This document shows positions 1 through 8,530 of a stretch of DNA of 35,337 nucleotides, piece by piece. The notes beneath the pieces were generated by a model. That model saw only the letters and a list, made by a program, of their open reading frames with translations. It made no database searches and had not been told where the DNA came from. Numbering within the stretch: the first letter of the stretch is position 1; each line of letters opens with the position of its first letter. Source of the stretch: Campylobacterales bacterium (GTDB taxonomy: Bacteria; Campylobacterota; Campylobacteria; Campylobacterales; JALSKU01); assembly GCA_027038235.1 (NCBI GenBank), contig JALVXV010000194.1, forward strand, positions 1-35,337. Direction: 5' to 3'. Both the position numbers and the translations under genes were made by a program.

Positions 1-252
1 ACTCTTTCAAAAGAGGAGGTAAATAAAAAGATAGAGCTATTTTTACAAGAGCTTGGGATCGAAAGAAGTAGTGAAAATAGATTTGGTTTTGATAAAGAGT
101 ATATCTTTTACAACCAAAATGATTTTATAGTGCAAAAAGATTTACCATTTTTTCTATCTCCTATCTCATCAGTTGCAAATATCAATATTGAGGCAATAAA
201 ATTTGCTTTGCTTGAGGGAGTTCGAGCTTCTAGCTTAGGAGTAAAGGGGTAA
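1..252 (+). CDS. obg: Obg/CgtA GTPase, C-terminal fragment (5' end lies outside the window)
   Basis: Frame 1 is open from the window edge to TAA at 250-252 (...KDLPFFLSPISSVANINIEAIKFALLEGVRASSLGVKG*). It is absent from the ORF track because there is no start codon in the window. Its position directly upstream of proB matches the obg-proB arrangement I recall from Campylobacter. The identification rests mostly on synteny and a weak tail resemblance. Confidence 0.5.
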   Translation, partial: TLSKEEVNKKIELFLQELGIERSSENRFGFDKEYIFYNQNDFIVQKDLPFFLSPISSVANINIEAIKFALLEGVRASSLGVKG

Positions 253-255
253 AGT

Positions 256-1023
256 ATGGCAGATATGAAAAGAGTAGTCATAAAAGTTGGTAGCCATGTC
301 TTAAGTGAAAATAATCGTATCGCGAAAGAGAGAATGCTAAATTTGGTCAAATTTATTTCAGTTTTGCATGATAGATATGAAGTTATACTAGTTAGTTCAG
401 GTGCGGTGGCTGCTGGTTACTCAAAGATAAAACTAGATAAATCTATTGTTCCCAACAGACAAGCCATTGCAGCGGTAGGACAGCCTTTTTTGATGAGGGA
501 GTATCAAAAAAAGTTTGAAAAGTATGATAAACTTACAGCACAATTTTTGCTAACTGCTAGTGATTTTGACTCAAGAAAAAGAACAGAGTTTGCTAAAAAT
601 GCTATAGAGGTATGCTTAAAAAACAGAGTCATTCCCATAATAAATGAAAATGATACAACAGCAACAGATGAGCTTCTATTTGGTGATAATGATAGACTCT
701 CAGCCCATGTAACATACTATTTTGATGCTGATATGCTTGTCATACTTTCCGATATAGATGGCTACTATGATAAAGATCCAAGAATAGATAAAGATGCAAA
801 GATAAGAAAAATAGTACATAATATTACAAATGAAGAGACAAATATAGCACTAAATCCAAATGATTTTTTTGCAACTGGTGGGATTGCTACAAAGCTTAAA
901 GCAGCTGACTTTCTCTTAAAAAGAGGCAAAAAGATGTTCTTAGCTGATGGGTTTAAACTTGATGATGCAAAAAGTTTTCTACTTGAGGGTATCCATAAAA
1001 GTGGAACTCTATTTTGCAAATAG
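256..1023 (+). CDS. proB: Glutamate 5-kinase (short form without a PUA domain)
   Basis: 255 aa. It has an N-terminal VIKVGS kinase motif and the conserved block [21 protein letters not shown]. An AAGGGG SD lies 6 nt upstream of the ATG. Confidence 0.9.
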   Translation: MADMKRVVIKVGSHVLSENNRIAKERMLNLVKFISVLHDRYEVILVSSGAVAAGYSKIKLDKSIVPNRQAIAAVGQPFLMREYQKKFEKYDKLTAQFLLTASDFDSRKRTEFAKNAIEVCLKNRVIPIINENDTTATDELLFGDNDRLSAHVTYYFDADMLVILSDIDGYYDKDPRIDKDAKIRKIVHNITNEETNIALNPNDFFATGGIATKLKAADFLLKRGKKMFLADGFKLDDAKSFLLEGIHKSGTLFCK

Positions 1024-1038
1024 AGGATAAGGAGATCT

Positions 1039-2058
1039 CTAAAGTATCAACATAGCATCACCATAGGAGAAAAATTTATACCTCTTTTCTATAGCTATTT
1101 GATAAAGTTCTAAAGTTTTTTCTATGCCTATAAAGCTACTAACTAGCATCAAAAGAGTTGATTTTGGCAAGTGAAAATTTGTAAGTAGATGATCTACTCT
1201 AATAGGTGGATTTTTTGGATGGATAAATATATCTGCATTTGCTGTAGTTTTTTTACTTCTTATATAGTACTCTATAGTTCTAGCAACTGTCGTGCCGATA
1301 GCTAATATATCTTTATGACTATCTATTATATCTTTAGTTTTTTTAGGTATTAAATAAAATTCTGAGTGCATTTTGTGATCAAGTATATTTTCAACCTCTA
1401 CAGGCTTAAATGTCCCAGCTCCAACATGCAAAGTAAGATATGATATATCATAATTTTTTTGCATATCTTCAAAGAGTTTATCACTAAAATGTAGTGAGGC
1501 AGTTGGTGCAGCAACAGCTCCAATATTTTTAGCAAAAAGTGTTTGATAATTTGTCTCATCCTCTTTTGTGTCATCTCTTTTGATATATGGCGGCAAGGGT
1601 ACATGTCCTATCATCTCAAGTATCTCATTTAACTCTATAAAATTTAACTTTTTAGAGTTCTGATAAAATGTTACTACTCTTGTACCATCTTTATTTAACT
1701 TTTCAATCTTCGCGATAAGAGCTTTATCAAAAAAGAGCTTTGCTCCCTCCTTTACCCTCCCTCTTATATAGACTAAAAATGTATCATCTTCCAAAGGGGA
1801 GTTTAAAAGTAGCTCTACCCTTCCACCGCTCTGTTTTTTTCCAAAAATTCTAGCTTTTATCACCTTTGTATCATTTAGAATAATTGCAGACTCTTTTGGA
1901 ATATACTTTAAAATATTATAAAATTTTTCATGTATGATTTTATCTCTTTTTCTATCATATATCAAAAGATTGCAACTATCTTTTGGAATAGATGGGGTTG
2001 AGGCTATAAGATGAGATGGTAATTTATAATCATAGCTATTTATATCTAAAGGATTCAA
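1039..2058 (-). CDS. queA: S-adenosylmethionine:tRNA ribosyltransferase-isomerase
   Basis: 339 aa. It shows the typical QueA N-terminus (DYKLPSHLIASTP) and the VPLPPYIKR motif. The start is TTG, 3 nt after the tatC stop. Confidence 0.9.
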   Translation of the reverse strand: MNPLDINSYDYKLPSHLIASTPSIPKDSCNLLIYDRKRDKIIHEKFYNILKYIPKESAIILNDTKVIKARIFGKKQSGGRVELLLNSPLEDDTFLVYIRGRVKEGAKLFFDKALIAKIEKLNKDGTRVVTFYQNSKKLNFIELNEILEMIGHVPLPPYIKRDDTKEDETNYQTLFAKNIGAVAAPTASLHFSDKLFEDMQKNYDISYLTLHVGAGTFKPVEVENILDHKMHSEFYLIPKKTKDIIDSHKDILAIGTTVARTIEYYIRSKKTTANADIFIHPKNPPIRVDHLLTNFHLPKSTLLMLVSSFIGIEKTLELYQIAIEKRYKFFSYGDAMLIL

Positions 2059-2061
2059 ATT

Positions 2062-2814
2062 TTATTGATTCTCTTCTTCTATATCTTCTTCTTTATTCTC
2101 TTCTTCAGGATTGACATACTTTGCAATAAGTATAGAAACTCCATATAAAAGTATAAGAGGACCTGCCATAAGAAATTGAGTAAGAACATCTGGAGGAGTT
2201 AGTAGAGCCGATACTGCAAAGATAATCACTATAGCATATCTAAAAAAAGATGTTAATGTTTTATCAGTAACTAGACCTATTTTTGCAAGAAAAAAGGTGA
2301 TAACAGGCAATTCAAAAGCTAAGCCAAAACCAAATAGCAACTTTGTAAAAAAGCCGACATACTCACCAATACTAGGAAGTGCAGTAAATAGTTTGCCTCC
2401 AAAATTCACCAAAAAAGCAAATCCAAAAGGGATAACAACAAAATAGCAAAATGCCGCACCCATTAAAAACATAATAGTAGCAAAAAAGACAAAAGGGAGT
2501 ATCATCTTTTTTTCATTCTCATAAAGACCGGGTGCTATAAAGAGCCATAGTTGCCAAAATACAATAGGTAAAGAGATGATAAAAGCAGCAAAAAATGATA
2601 CTTTAAGTGCAGTAAAAAGAGGCTCTTGAACCTTTGTAAAGATAATACTACTAGTTGATGGCAGGACCTCTTTTAGTGGATCTATCATCCATGCTAGAAG
2701 TGGTTCCCAAAAGTTAAAACATATAAAAAACATCACAATAATAGTTGCTAAAGAGATACCAAGTCTTTTTCTAAGTTCAGCAATATGTGGCTTTAACTCT
2801 TCAAACATTATCAC
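2062..2814 (-). CDS. tatC: Twin-arginine translocase subunit TatC
   Basis: 250 aa polytopic membrane protein with a TatC-like sequence (MFEELKPHIAELRKRL...). It overlaps the tatB stop, which suggests translational coupling. Confidence 0.9.
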   Translation of the reverse strand: MIMFEELKPHIAELRKRLGISLATIIVMFFICFNFWEPLLAWMIDPLKEVLPSTSSIIFTKVQEPLFTALKVSFFAAFIISLPIVFWQLWLFIAPGLYENEKKMILPFVFFATIMFLMGAAFCYFVVIPFGFAFLVNFGGKLFTALPSIGEYVGFFTKLLFGFGLAFELPVITFFLAKIGLVTDKTLTSFFRYAIVIIFAVSALLTPPDVLTQFLMAGPLILLYGVSILIAKYVNPEEENKEEDIEEENQ

Positions 2815-3238
2815 TTTCCTTTGACTTGGATTTTACAGTTTTCTTTTTAGAGAGATCTTTTTTAGAACTTTTTTGCTCTTTTTTACTCTTTTTTTTATCC
2901 TCTTTTGCAACTTGTGTTGCCTCTTGAATATTACTATTTAGAAGATCTCCAACACTTGTAGTAGAATTTTTTATATCTTCAAGTTCATCCATATAGACAG
3001 AGTGCTTTGCACTTTGTGTAACATCATGCAATCTTTTTTTATACTCTTGGGCCTCTTTTTTAAGCTCTTGCAACTTTAACTCTTGGTCTATATTCTCTTT
3101 TGCCTCATTTATAGTCTTTTTAAACATATTAAAAAATTTTGCTATCTTTACCATAGCTTCTGGAAGTTTTTCAGGACCTAGAAAAATAATTCCTATGACT
3201 AAAATGATCAAAATCTCAGAAAAACCCATTCCAAACAT
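2801..3238 (-). CDS. tatB: Twin-arginine translocase subunit TatB
   Basis: 145 aa. The N-terminal TM plus hinge, MFGMGFSEILIILVIGIIFLGPEKLPE, is followed by an amphipathic charged tail. Its length fits TatB rather than TatA. Confidence 0.8.
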   Translation of the reverse strand: MFGMGFSEILIILVIGIIFLGPEKLPEAMVKIAKFFNMFKKTINEAKENIDQELKLQELKKEAQEYKKRLHDVTQSAKHSVYMDELEDIKNSTTSVGDLLNSNIQEATQVAKEDKKKSKKEQKSSKKDLSKKKTVKSKSKESDNV

Positions 3239-3287
3239 ATATACACCTACTTGTAAAATTTAGGAGCTTATTTTATCGCAATTATGA

Positions 3288-4343
3288 TTAGCCTAAGATA
3301 AATAGTGCTATCTCATCACTTAGTAGATACTCAAGATTGTATATTTTGCCATCTTTTTGTACAACCTTTTTCTCATTTATCAATATATCAACTTTTGAGT
3401 TTTCCTTTTCATTGAGTATCTCTCTATCAAGTCCTACAAATGATCTAAGAGCTAAGAGAACCTTTTCCTCTTTTAATTCACTCTTTGAAATATGTTCAAT
3501 ATGTTGATAAAGAGGGTCATTGATATATTTTTCTATATCTTTATGTGTATAAAATCTCTTATCCTTTTTAAATCCAACTGCACCCGCTCCGATGCCTATA
3601 TACTCTCTATGCTCCCAATATCCAACATTATGCTTACAGATATATTTTCCAAAATTTGATACCTCATATCTTGGAAATCCACCATTTTCAATCTCTTTAT
3701 AAAACCAAATCTCTTCATCAATATCATCTTTGGGATTTTGTTTGGTATCATAAAATTTTGTACCTTTTTCTATAGTTAAAGAGTATGAACTTATGTGATT
3801 TATTGGTAAATTTTTTGCTATATTTATATCGCTTTGTAGCAATTTTTTATCATCAACTTTTGTATCAAAAATTAGATCTAAAGAGATATTTTTTATACCC
3901 AAAATATGTGCATTTTCTATAGCCTTTATAGCACTCTTTGCACTATGACTTCTCCCTAGATATTTTAACTTTTTATCATTAAAACTTTGAACTCCAAAAC
4001 TTATCCTATTGACACCAAGCTCTTTTACCTCTCTTATCCAAGATGGTGAGGCACTATTTGGGTTGGCCTCTATGGTTATCTCAATATCTTTATCAAAATA
4101 TTTTGAAACTTTATCAAAAAAGATCTCATAAAGTTCAGGTGCGATAGTAGAGGGAGTTCCACCACCAATAAAAATCGTCTTTAAAGAGCCCTCTTTGATG
4201 TTGTACTTTTTTATTTCAAAATCTAACTGCTTTAAAACTGCCTTGATATAATCCCTTTTATATTCAAATTTATCAACATAGGAGTTAAAAGAGCAGTAAA
4301 AACATTTGCTATCACAAAAAGGTATATGAAGATAGAGTAACAA
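3288..4343 (-). CDS. hemW: Radical SAM heme chaperone HemW (HemN-like, oxygen-independent coproporphyrinogen oxidase family)
   Basis: It carries the radical SAM motif LYLHIPFCDSKCFYCSF. The 437-aa track ORF runs back across the rppH start. I place the start at TTG 4343 (MLLYLHIPFC..., AAGG SD 6 nt upstream, 351 aa), which is the usual HemW N-terminus. An in-frame ATG at 4403 is the alternative. Confidence 0.8.
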   Translation of the reverse strand: MLLYLHIPFCDSKCFYCSFNSYVDKFEYKRDYIKAVLKQLDFEIKKYNIKEGSLKTIFIGGGTPSTIAPELYEIFFDKVSKYFDKDIEITIEANPNSASPSWIREVKELGVNRISFGVQSFNDKKLKYLGRSHSAKSAIKAIENAHILGIKNISLDLIFDTKVDDKKLLQSDINIAKNLPINHISSYSLTIEKGTKFYDTKQNPKDDIDEEIWFYKEIENGGFPRYEVSNFGKYICKHNVGYWEHREYIGIGAGAVGFKKDKRFYTHKDIEKYINDPLYQHIEHISKSELKEEKVLLALRSFVGLDREILNEKENSKVDILINEKKVVQKDGKIYNLEYLLSDEIALFILG

Positions 4344-4401
4344 ATAAAACCTTAATACTAATTTTGATAAAATTTTATCAAAATATAAATTAAGATAAGA
4401 C

Positions 4402-4875
4402 ATGAGTGATAAAAAAAAGAGATATAGACCAAATGTAGCAGCTGTTATTTTATCATCTAGGTATCCTCTTGAGAGTGAAATATTTATTGCAAAGAGAAAT
4501 GATATAAAAGATAGTTGGCAATTTCCCCAAGGTGGAATTGATGAGGGTGAAACACCTAAGATTGCACTTTTTAGGGAGCTAAAAGAGGAGATAGGTACCA
4601 ATAATTTTGAGATAATAGCAGAGTATCCAAAATGGGTAAGTTATGATTTTCCAAATATCATAGCAAAGAAAATGTATCCATACGATGGTCAAATTCAAAA
4701 ATATTTTTTAGTAAGACTAAAACCAAAAGCAAAGATAAATATCAAGACAAAGCATCCTGAGTTTGATGATTATAAATTTGTCAAATTTGATGAGATATTT
4801 GATTATGTTACATATTTTAAAAGACCTGTTTACAAAGAGGTGTTAAACCACTTTAAAAAAGAGGGATATTTGTAA
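4402..4875 (+). CDS. rppH: RNA pyrophosphohydrolase / Nudix hydrolase (RppH/NudA type)
   Basis: 157 aa with the Nudix box GGIDEGETPKIALFRELKEEIG. The N-terminus, KRYRPNVAAVI, is typical of RppH. It sits next to lysC, as I recall for H. pylori HP1228-HP1229. Confidence 0.85.
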   Translation: MSDKKKRYRPNVAAVILSSRYPLESEIFIAKRNDIKDSWQFPQGGIDEGETPKIALFRELKEEIGTNNFEIIAEYPKWVSYDFPNIIAKKMYPYDGQIQKYFLVRLKPKAKINIKTKHPEFDDYKFVKFDEIFDYVTYFKRPVYKEVLNHFKKEGYL

Positions 4876-4876
4876 A

Positions 4877-4976
4877 ATTAGTGATTAGTAATTAGTGATT
4901 CGTGATTAGATAATTTATTTGCCTTTGGCAAATAATTACTAGATTAAACTAATCACGAATCACGAATCACGAACTA
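4877..4976 (+). repeat. Long imperfect hairpin whose arms are tandem heptamers, in the rppH-lysC spacer
   Basis: The left arm, 4877-4909, is 4.7 units of ATT(A/C)GT(G/A). The right arm, 4951-4974, is AATCACG x3 plus AAC. There are 15 contiguous Watson-Crick pairs (4895-4909 with 4949-4963), and 8 of the next 11 positions also pair. An inner 9-bp stem joins 4915-4923 and 4927-4935. No U-tract follows. Confidence 0.7.
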
Positions 4977-4987
4977 AAGAGAGGAAG

Positions 4988-6190
4988 ATGTTAATAGTAC
5001 AAAAGTATGGCGGTACAAGTGTAGGTAGCCTAGAAAGAATTGAAGAGGTAGCAAAAAGAGTTGCTAAGGCAAAAGATGCTGGAAATGATGTAGTTGTAGT
5101 TGTTTCAGCCATGAGTGGTGAGACCAATAAGCTCATAGGGTATGCAAAGCATTTTTCAAAGAATCCACCAAAAAGAGAGATGGATCTGCTTTTAAGCTCT
5201 GGCGAGAGAGTTACAAGTTCCCTACTCTCTATAGCTCTTCAAGCGAAGGGGTATAACTCTGTAGCTCTTACAGGAAGACAAGCAGGAATTTATACAGATG
5301 ATTTGCATACAACTGCAAGAATTGATTCAATTGATTCAAATAAAATAAAAGAGCATTTAGATAATGATGAGATAGTAGTAGTAGCAGGTTTTCAAGGTGT
5401 TACAAGTAGTGGTGAAGTTTCAACTTTAGGTAGAGGAGGAAGTGATCTTAGTGCAGTAGCAATTGCTGGTGCTTTAAGAGCAGATCTTTGTGAAATATAT
5501 ACTGATGTTGATGGAGTTTATACCACAGATCCAAGAATTGAGCCAAAAGCTAAAAAACTTGATATTATTAGTTATGATGAGATGCTTGAACTTGCTAGTT
5601 TGGGTGCAAAAGTTTTGCAAAATAGATCTGTAGAACTTGCTAAAAAGTTGGATGTTACATTGGTAACTAGAAGTAGTTTTAACGACAATGAAGGAACATT
5701 GATAACAAAGGAAGAGAATATCATGGAAAAGCCATTGGTAAGCGGAATAGCATTGGATAAGAACCAAGCAAGAGTAACCCTAAGGGGTGTAAAAGATGAG
5801 CCGGGAATTGCAGCAAAGATATTTAATAGACTTGCGAAAGAGAATATAAATGTTGATATGATTATACAAAATGTTGGACTTGATGGGGTAACCAACCTTG
5901 GTTTTACAGTTCCAGAAAATGAGCTAAGCGATGCAAAAAGTGTAATGAGCAAATTAAATGCATCTGAGCTTATAGAGTTTGATCCCAATATTGTAAAAGT
6001 TTCAGTCGTAGGAGTAGGAATGCAATCCCATAGTGGAGTAGCAAGTAAAGCATTTGATACTCTTGCAAAAGAGAATATAAATATTCAAATGATTAGTACA
6101 AGTGAGATAAAGGTGTCTATGGTCGTAGATGAGAAGTATGGTGAGTTGGCAGTAAGAGCATTACATTCAGCATATAATTTGGATAAATAA
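4988..6190 (+). CDS. lysC: Aspartate kinase
   Basis: 400 aa. It has the N-terminal KYGGTSVGS motif, an amino-acid kinase core and two C-terminal ACT-like repeats. Confidence 0.93.
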   Translation: MLIVQKYGGTSVGSLERIEEVAKRVAKAKDAGNDVVVVVSAMSGETNKLIGYAKHFSKNPPKREMDLLLSSGERVTSSLLSIALQAKGYNSVALTGRQAGIYTDDLHTTARIDSIDSNKIKEHLDNDEIVVVAGFQGVTSSGEVSTLGRGGSDLSAVAIAGALRADLCEIYTDVDGVYTTDPRIEPKAKKLDIISYDEMLELASLGAKVLQNRSVELAKKLDVTLVTRSSFNDNEGTLITKEENIMEKPLVSGIALDKNQARVTLRGVKDEPGIAAKIFNRLAKENINVDMIIQNVGLDGVTNLGFTVPENELSDAKSVMSKLNASELIEFDPNIVKVSVVGVGMQSHSGVASKAFDTLAKENINIQMISTSEIKVSMVVDEKYGELAVRALHSAYNLDK

Positions 6191-6744
6191 TGCAAAAGTT
6201 TTTACAGTGGACACTTGAGGCTATCAGAGAGGATGAGTCTTTAATGAGTTGGATGGAGGAGAAGAGATTTGAGTGGGTTCCTCTTGTCTCTTCGGCTTTG
6301 AAAAATATCTTATTGGGACATACATTTATCATCTTGACAGATAAAAAAAGAGAGTGGTTTGGAAAGTATCTATCCCAAAGCTTAAATAGCTTTGATAAAA
6401 ATAGACCACTTCTACCTTTAGTAACTCTTGATGAGCTTTGTATCAATCTCGATGAGGCAAATTCAAAGGAGAAGATAGCAATGATAGAGGATATGCTTTT
6501 AGTCTCCTTTCCAAATGGATATACATTTTTTTATATAGGTCAAAGTAACTCTCAAAGAGCAAAGATAGTAAAGCATAGTGATGGAAGTTTTTTATGGATC
6601 ATGGATGAACAATTACAAAATAGTTTCTATCTAAACTCAAATGATGAACTTTTAGATATCAAACTTATACAGTTAGCAAGATTGTTTGATAAAAGTATAG
6701 ATGCTGTTTTGTTTAATGAGATTAGCTTGGAAGATTTGGGGTAG
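6190..6744 (+). CDS. hobA: DnaA initiator-associating protein HobA
   Basis: 184 aa. It lies between lysC and holB exactly as HP1230 (HobA) does in H. pylori. From my memory of the H. pylori protein, the shared features are the RPLL segment, FLW and the C-terminal LLDxKLxQLxxLF block. Its ATG overlaps the lysC TAA (TAATG). Confidence 0.65.
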   Translation: MQKFLQWTLEAIREDESLMSWMEEKRFEWVPLVSSALKNILLGHTFIILTDKKREWFGKYLSQSLNSFDKNRPLLPLVTLDELCINLDEANSKEKIAMIEDMLLVSFPNGYTFFYIGQSNSQRAKIVKHSDGSFLWIMDEQLQNSFYLNSNDELLDIKLIQLARLFDKSIDAVLFNEISLEDLG

Positions 6745-6746
6745 GA

Positions 6747-7370
6747 TTGAAAATATTATCCAATACTATCATAATAGGAGATAACTTTTTAGATATAAAA
6801 GATAGTATCTCTTTAGATAATGTAGATGGTATTATAAAGATATTTGAAAGAGATGAGTTTTTACTTGAAGATGCTAAGGCTGTTACAAAAGAGGCATATA
6901 TAAAAGAGGAAAAAAATAAATATATCATTATATTGGCTAAAAAGTTTAATATCTATGCACAAAACTCTCTATTAAAGATATTAGAAGAGTCGCCTACAAA
7001 TACTATCTTTATAATAGTCTCAAACTCAAAATCCAACTTTTTGCCTACTATTAGATCTAGACTTCCTATTATAAATTTAAAACAACCAAAAAAAACAAGG
7101 GCTTTAGAGATAAATCTTTCAAAAATGAGTCTAAAAGATATATTTGAATTTGTAAAAACTCACCAAAGAGTATCAAAAGGGGAGTTAAAAGAGATAATCC
7201 AAGATATTTTTTATGAAGCACTACATAAATACTCCATGAAGTTTAATAAAGAGGAGTTAGAGGTCTTTGAAAATGCTTTAAAATTGGCTGAACTTAACAC
7301 AAAAGCCTCCTTTTTACTCAATCTTGTACTTGTTACTATCATCGATAGAAAAGAAAGGGGAAATAGATGA
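6747..7370 (+). CDS. holB: DNA polymerase III delta-prime subunit (short epsilonproteobacterial form)
   Basis: 207 aa with a TTG start. It carries the clamp-loader motifs AQNSLLKILEESP and TIRSRLP (SRC-like). Confidence 0.75.
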   Translation: MKILSNTIIIGDNFLDIKDSISLDNVDGIIKIFERDEFLLEDAKAVTKEAYIKEEKNKYIIILAKKFNIYAQNSLLKILEESPTNTIFIIVSNSKSNFLPTIRSRLPIINLKQPKKTRALEINLSKMSLKDIFEFVKTHQRVSKGELKEIIQDIFYEALHKYSMKFNKEELEVFENALKLAELNTKASFLLNLVLVTIIDRKERGNR

Positions 7371-8512
7371 AGATCATAAAATTGTCCAATAGAGTTGATA
7401 AAAAGAGGATCTTTAATCAAATTGGCTCTACAGATGAGGGAAATAAAATTTTAAAAGATAAGATGGAGTTAAACTTTTTTTATCTAAAAGATATAAAAAA
7501 TCCTGCCACCTTGATACTAAAGCAAGATGCTTTATCTATTGGAGCTGATTTGGTGGTACATAAAGATACAATATTGTGTAAAAATAAAACATCCAATGCA
7601 CTTTTGATAGCGACAAATGCACAGCTAAAAAAACTTTCAAAAAAGGAGTTATCTCAGCCCTTTGGTCTAAAAGAGTTTGCAAAAGAGATTTTAAAATACT
7701 CTAAAACTCCCAAAAATAAAGCTATTAAAATTATGGGTGTAGTCAATGCAAATGAGGATAGCTTTTTTGAAGGAAGTAGATTTAAAGGAAGCGAAGCTAT
7801 ACAACATATCAAAAAGATGATAAAAGATGGTGCAAATATCATAGATATAGGAGGAGTCTCTTCAAGACCGGGTAGTGAACCTGTGAGTGAGGATGAGGAG
7901 TTAAAAAGAGTTAAACCTATTATTGATGAAATATATAAAGAAAAACTGTATGAAAAAGCCCTTTTTTCCCTTGATAGTTACTCTCCAAAGTGTTTAGAGT
8001 ATGCACTAGAAAGAGGATTTAGCATAGCAAATGATATAACTGCCTTATCAAATGATAAAGTGGCTAAAATAGTTGCAAAATATGGTGCAAGGGTGGTCTT
8101 GATGCACAAAAAAGGCACCCCAAAAGATATGCAGAAAAATCCCACCTATGATGATGTGCTTTTGGAGGTTTATGAGTTTTTTCAAAAAAGGATAGAAAAA
8201 GCAAAAAGTTTTGGTATAGATGACATTGTACTTGATGTTGGTATAGGGTTTGGCAAAACTCTTAAGCACAATCTTTTACTTTTAAAGCATTTGGAGTATT
8301 TTTTATCTTTGGGATATCCTCTTTTAGTGGGAGCAAGTAGAAAGTCCATGATAGATATGATAACTCCAACTAAAATTGAAGATAGGCTACCTGGAACTTT
8401 AACTATTCATCTAAAAGCCATTCAAAATGGAGCCTCTATCATAAGGTGTCATGATGTAAAAGAGCACTATCAAGCTTTGAAAGTCGAGGAGGCTTTTGGT
8501 GATGTTATGTAG
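7367..8512 (+). CDS. folP: Dihydropteroate synthase with an N-terminal extension of about 120 aa
   Basis: 381 aa. The pterin-binding domain starts near residue 121 (KIMGVVNANEDSFF; GANIIDIGGVSSRPG). The start overlaps the holB stop (ATGA). Confidence 0.9.
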   Translation: MKIIKLSNRVDKKRIFNQIGSTDEGNKILKDKMELNFFYLKDIKNPATLILKQDALSIGADLVVHKDTILCKNKTSNALLIATNAQLKKLSKKELSQPFGLKEFAKEILKYSKTPKNKAIKIMGVVNANEDSFFEGSRFKGSEAIQHIKKMIKDGANIIDIGGVSSRPGSEPVSEDEELKRVKPIIDEIYKEKLYEKALFSLDSYSPKCLEYALERGFSIANDITALSNDKVAKIVAKYGARVVLMHKKGTPKDMQKNPTYDDVLLEVYEFFQKRIEKAKSFGIDDIVLDVGIGFGKTLKHNLLLLKHLEYFLSLGYPLLVGASRKSMIDMITPTKIEDRLPGTLTIHLKAIQNGASIIRCHDVKEHYQALKVEEAFGDVM

Positions 8513-8530
8513 TAGCAAAAAAGGATTTTG

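Noticed and set aside
3288-4601. The 437-aa version of the hemW ORF given in the track.
   Set aside because: The first 86 codons overlap rppH on the opposite strand and precede the canonical radical-SAM N-terminus (MLLYLHIPFC). The open frame is fortuitous.
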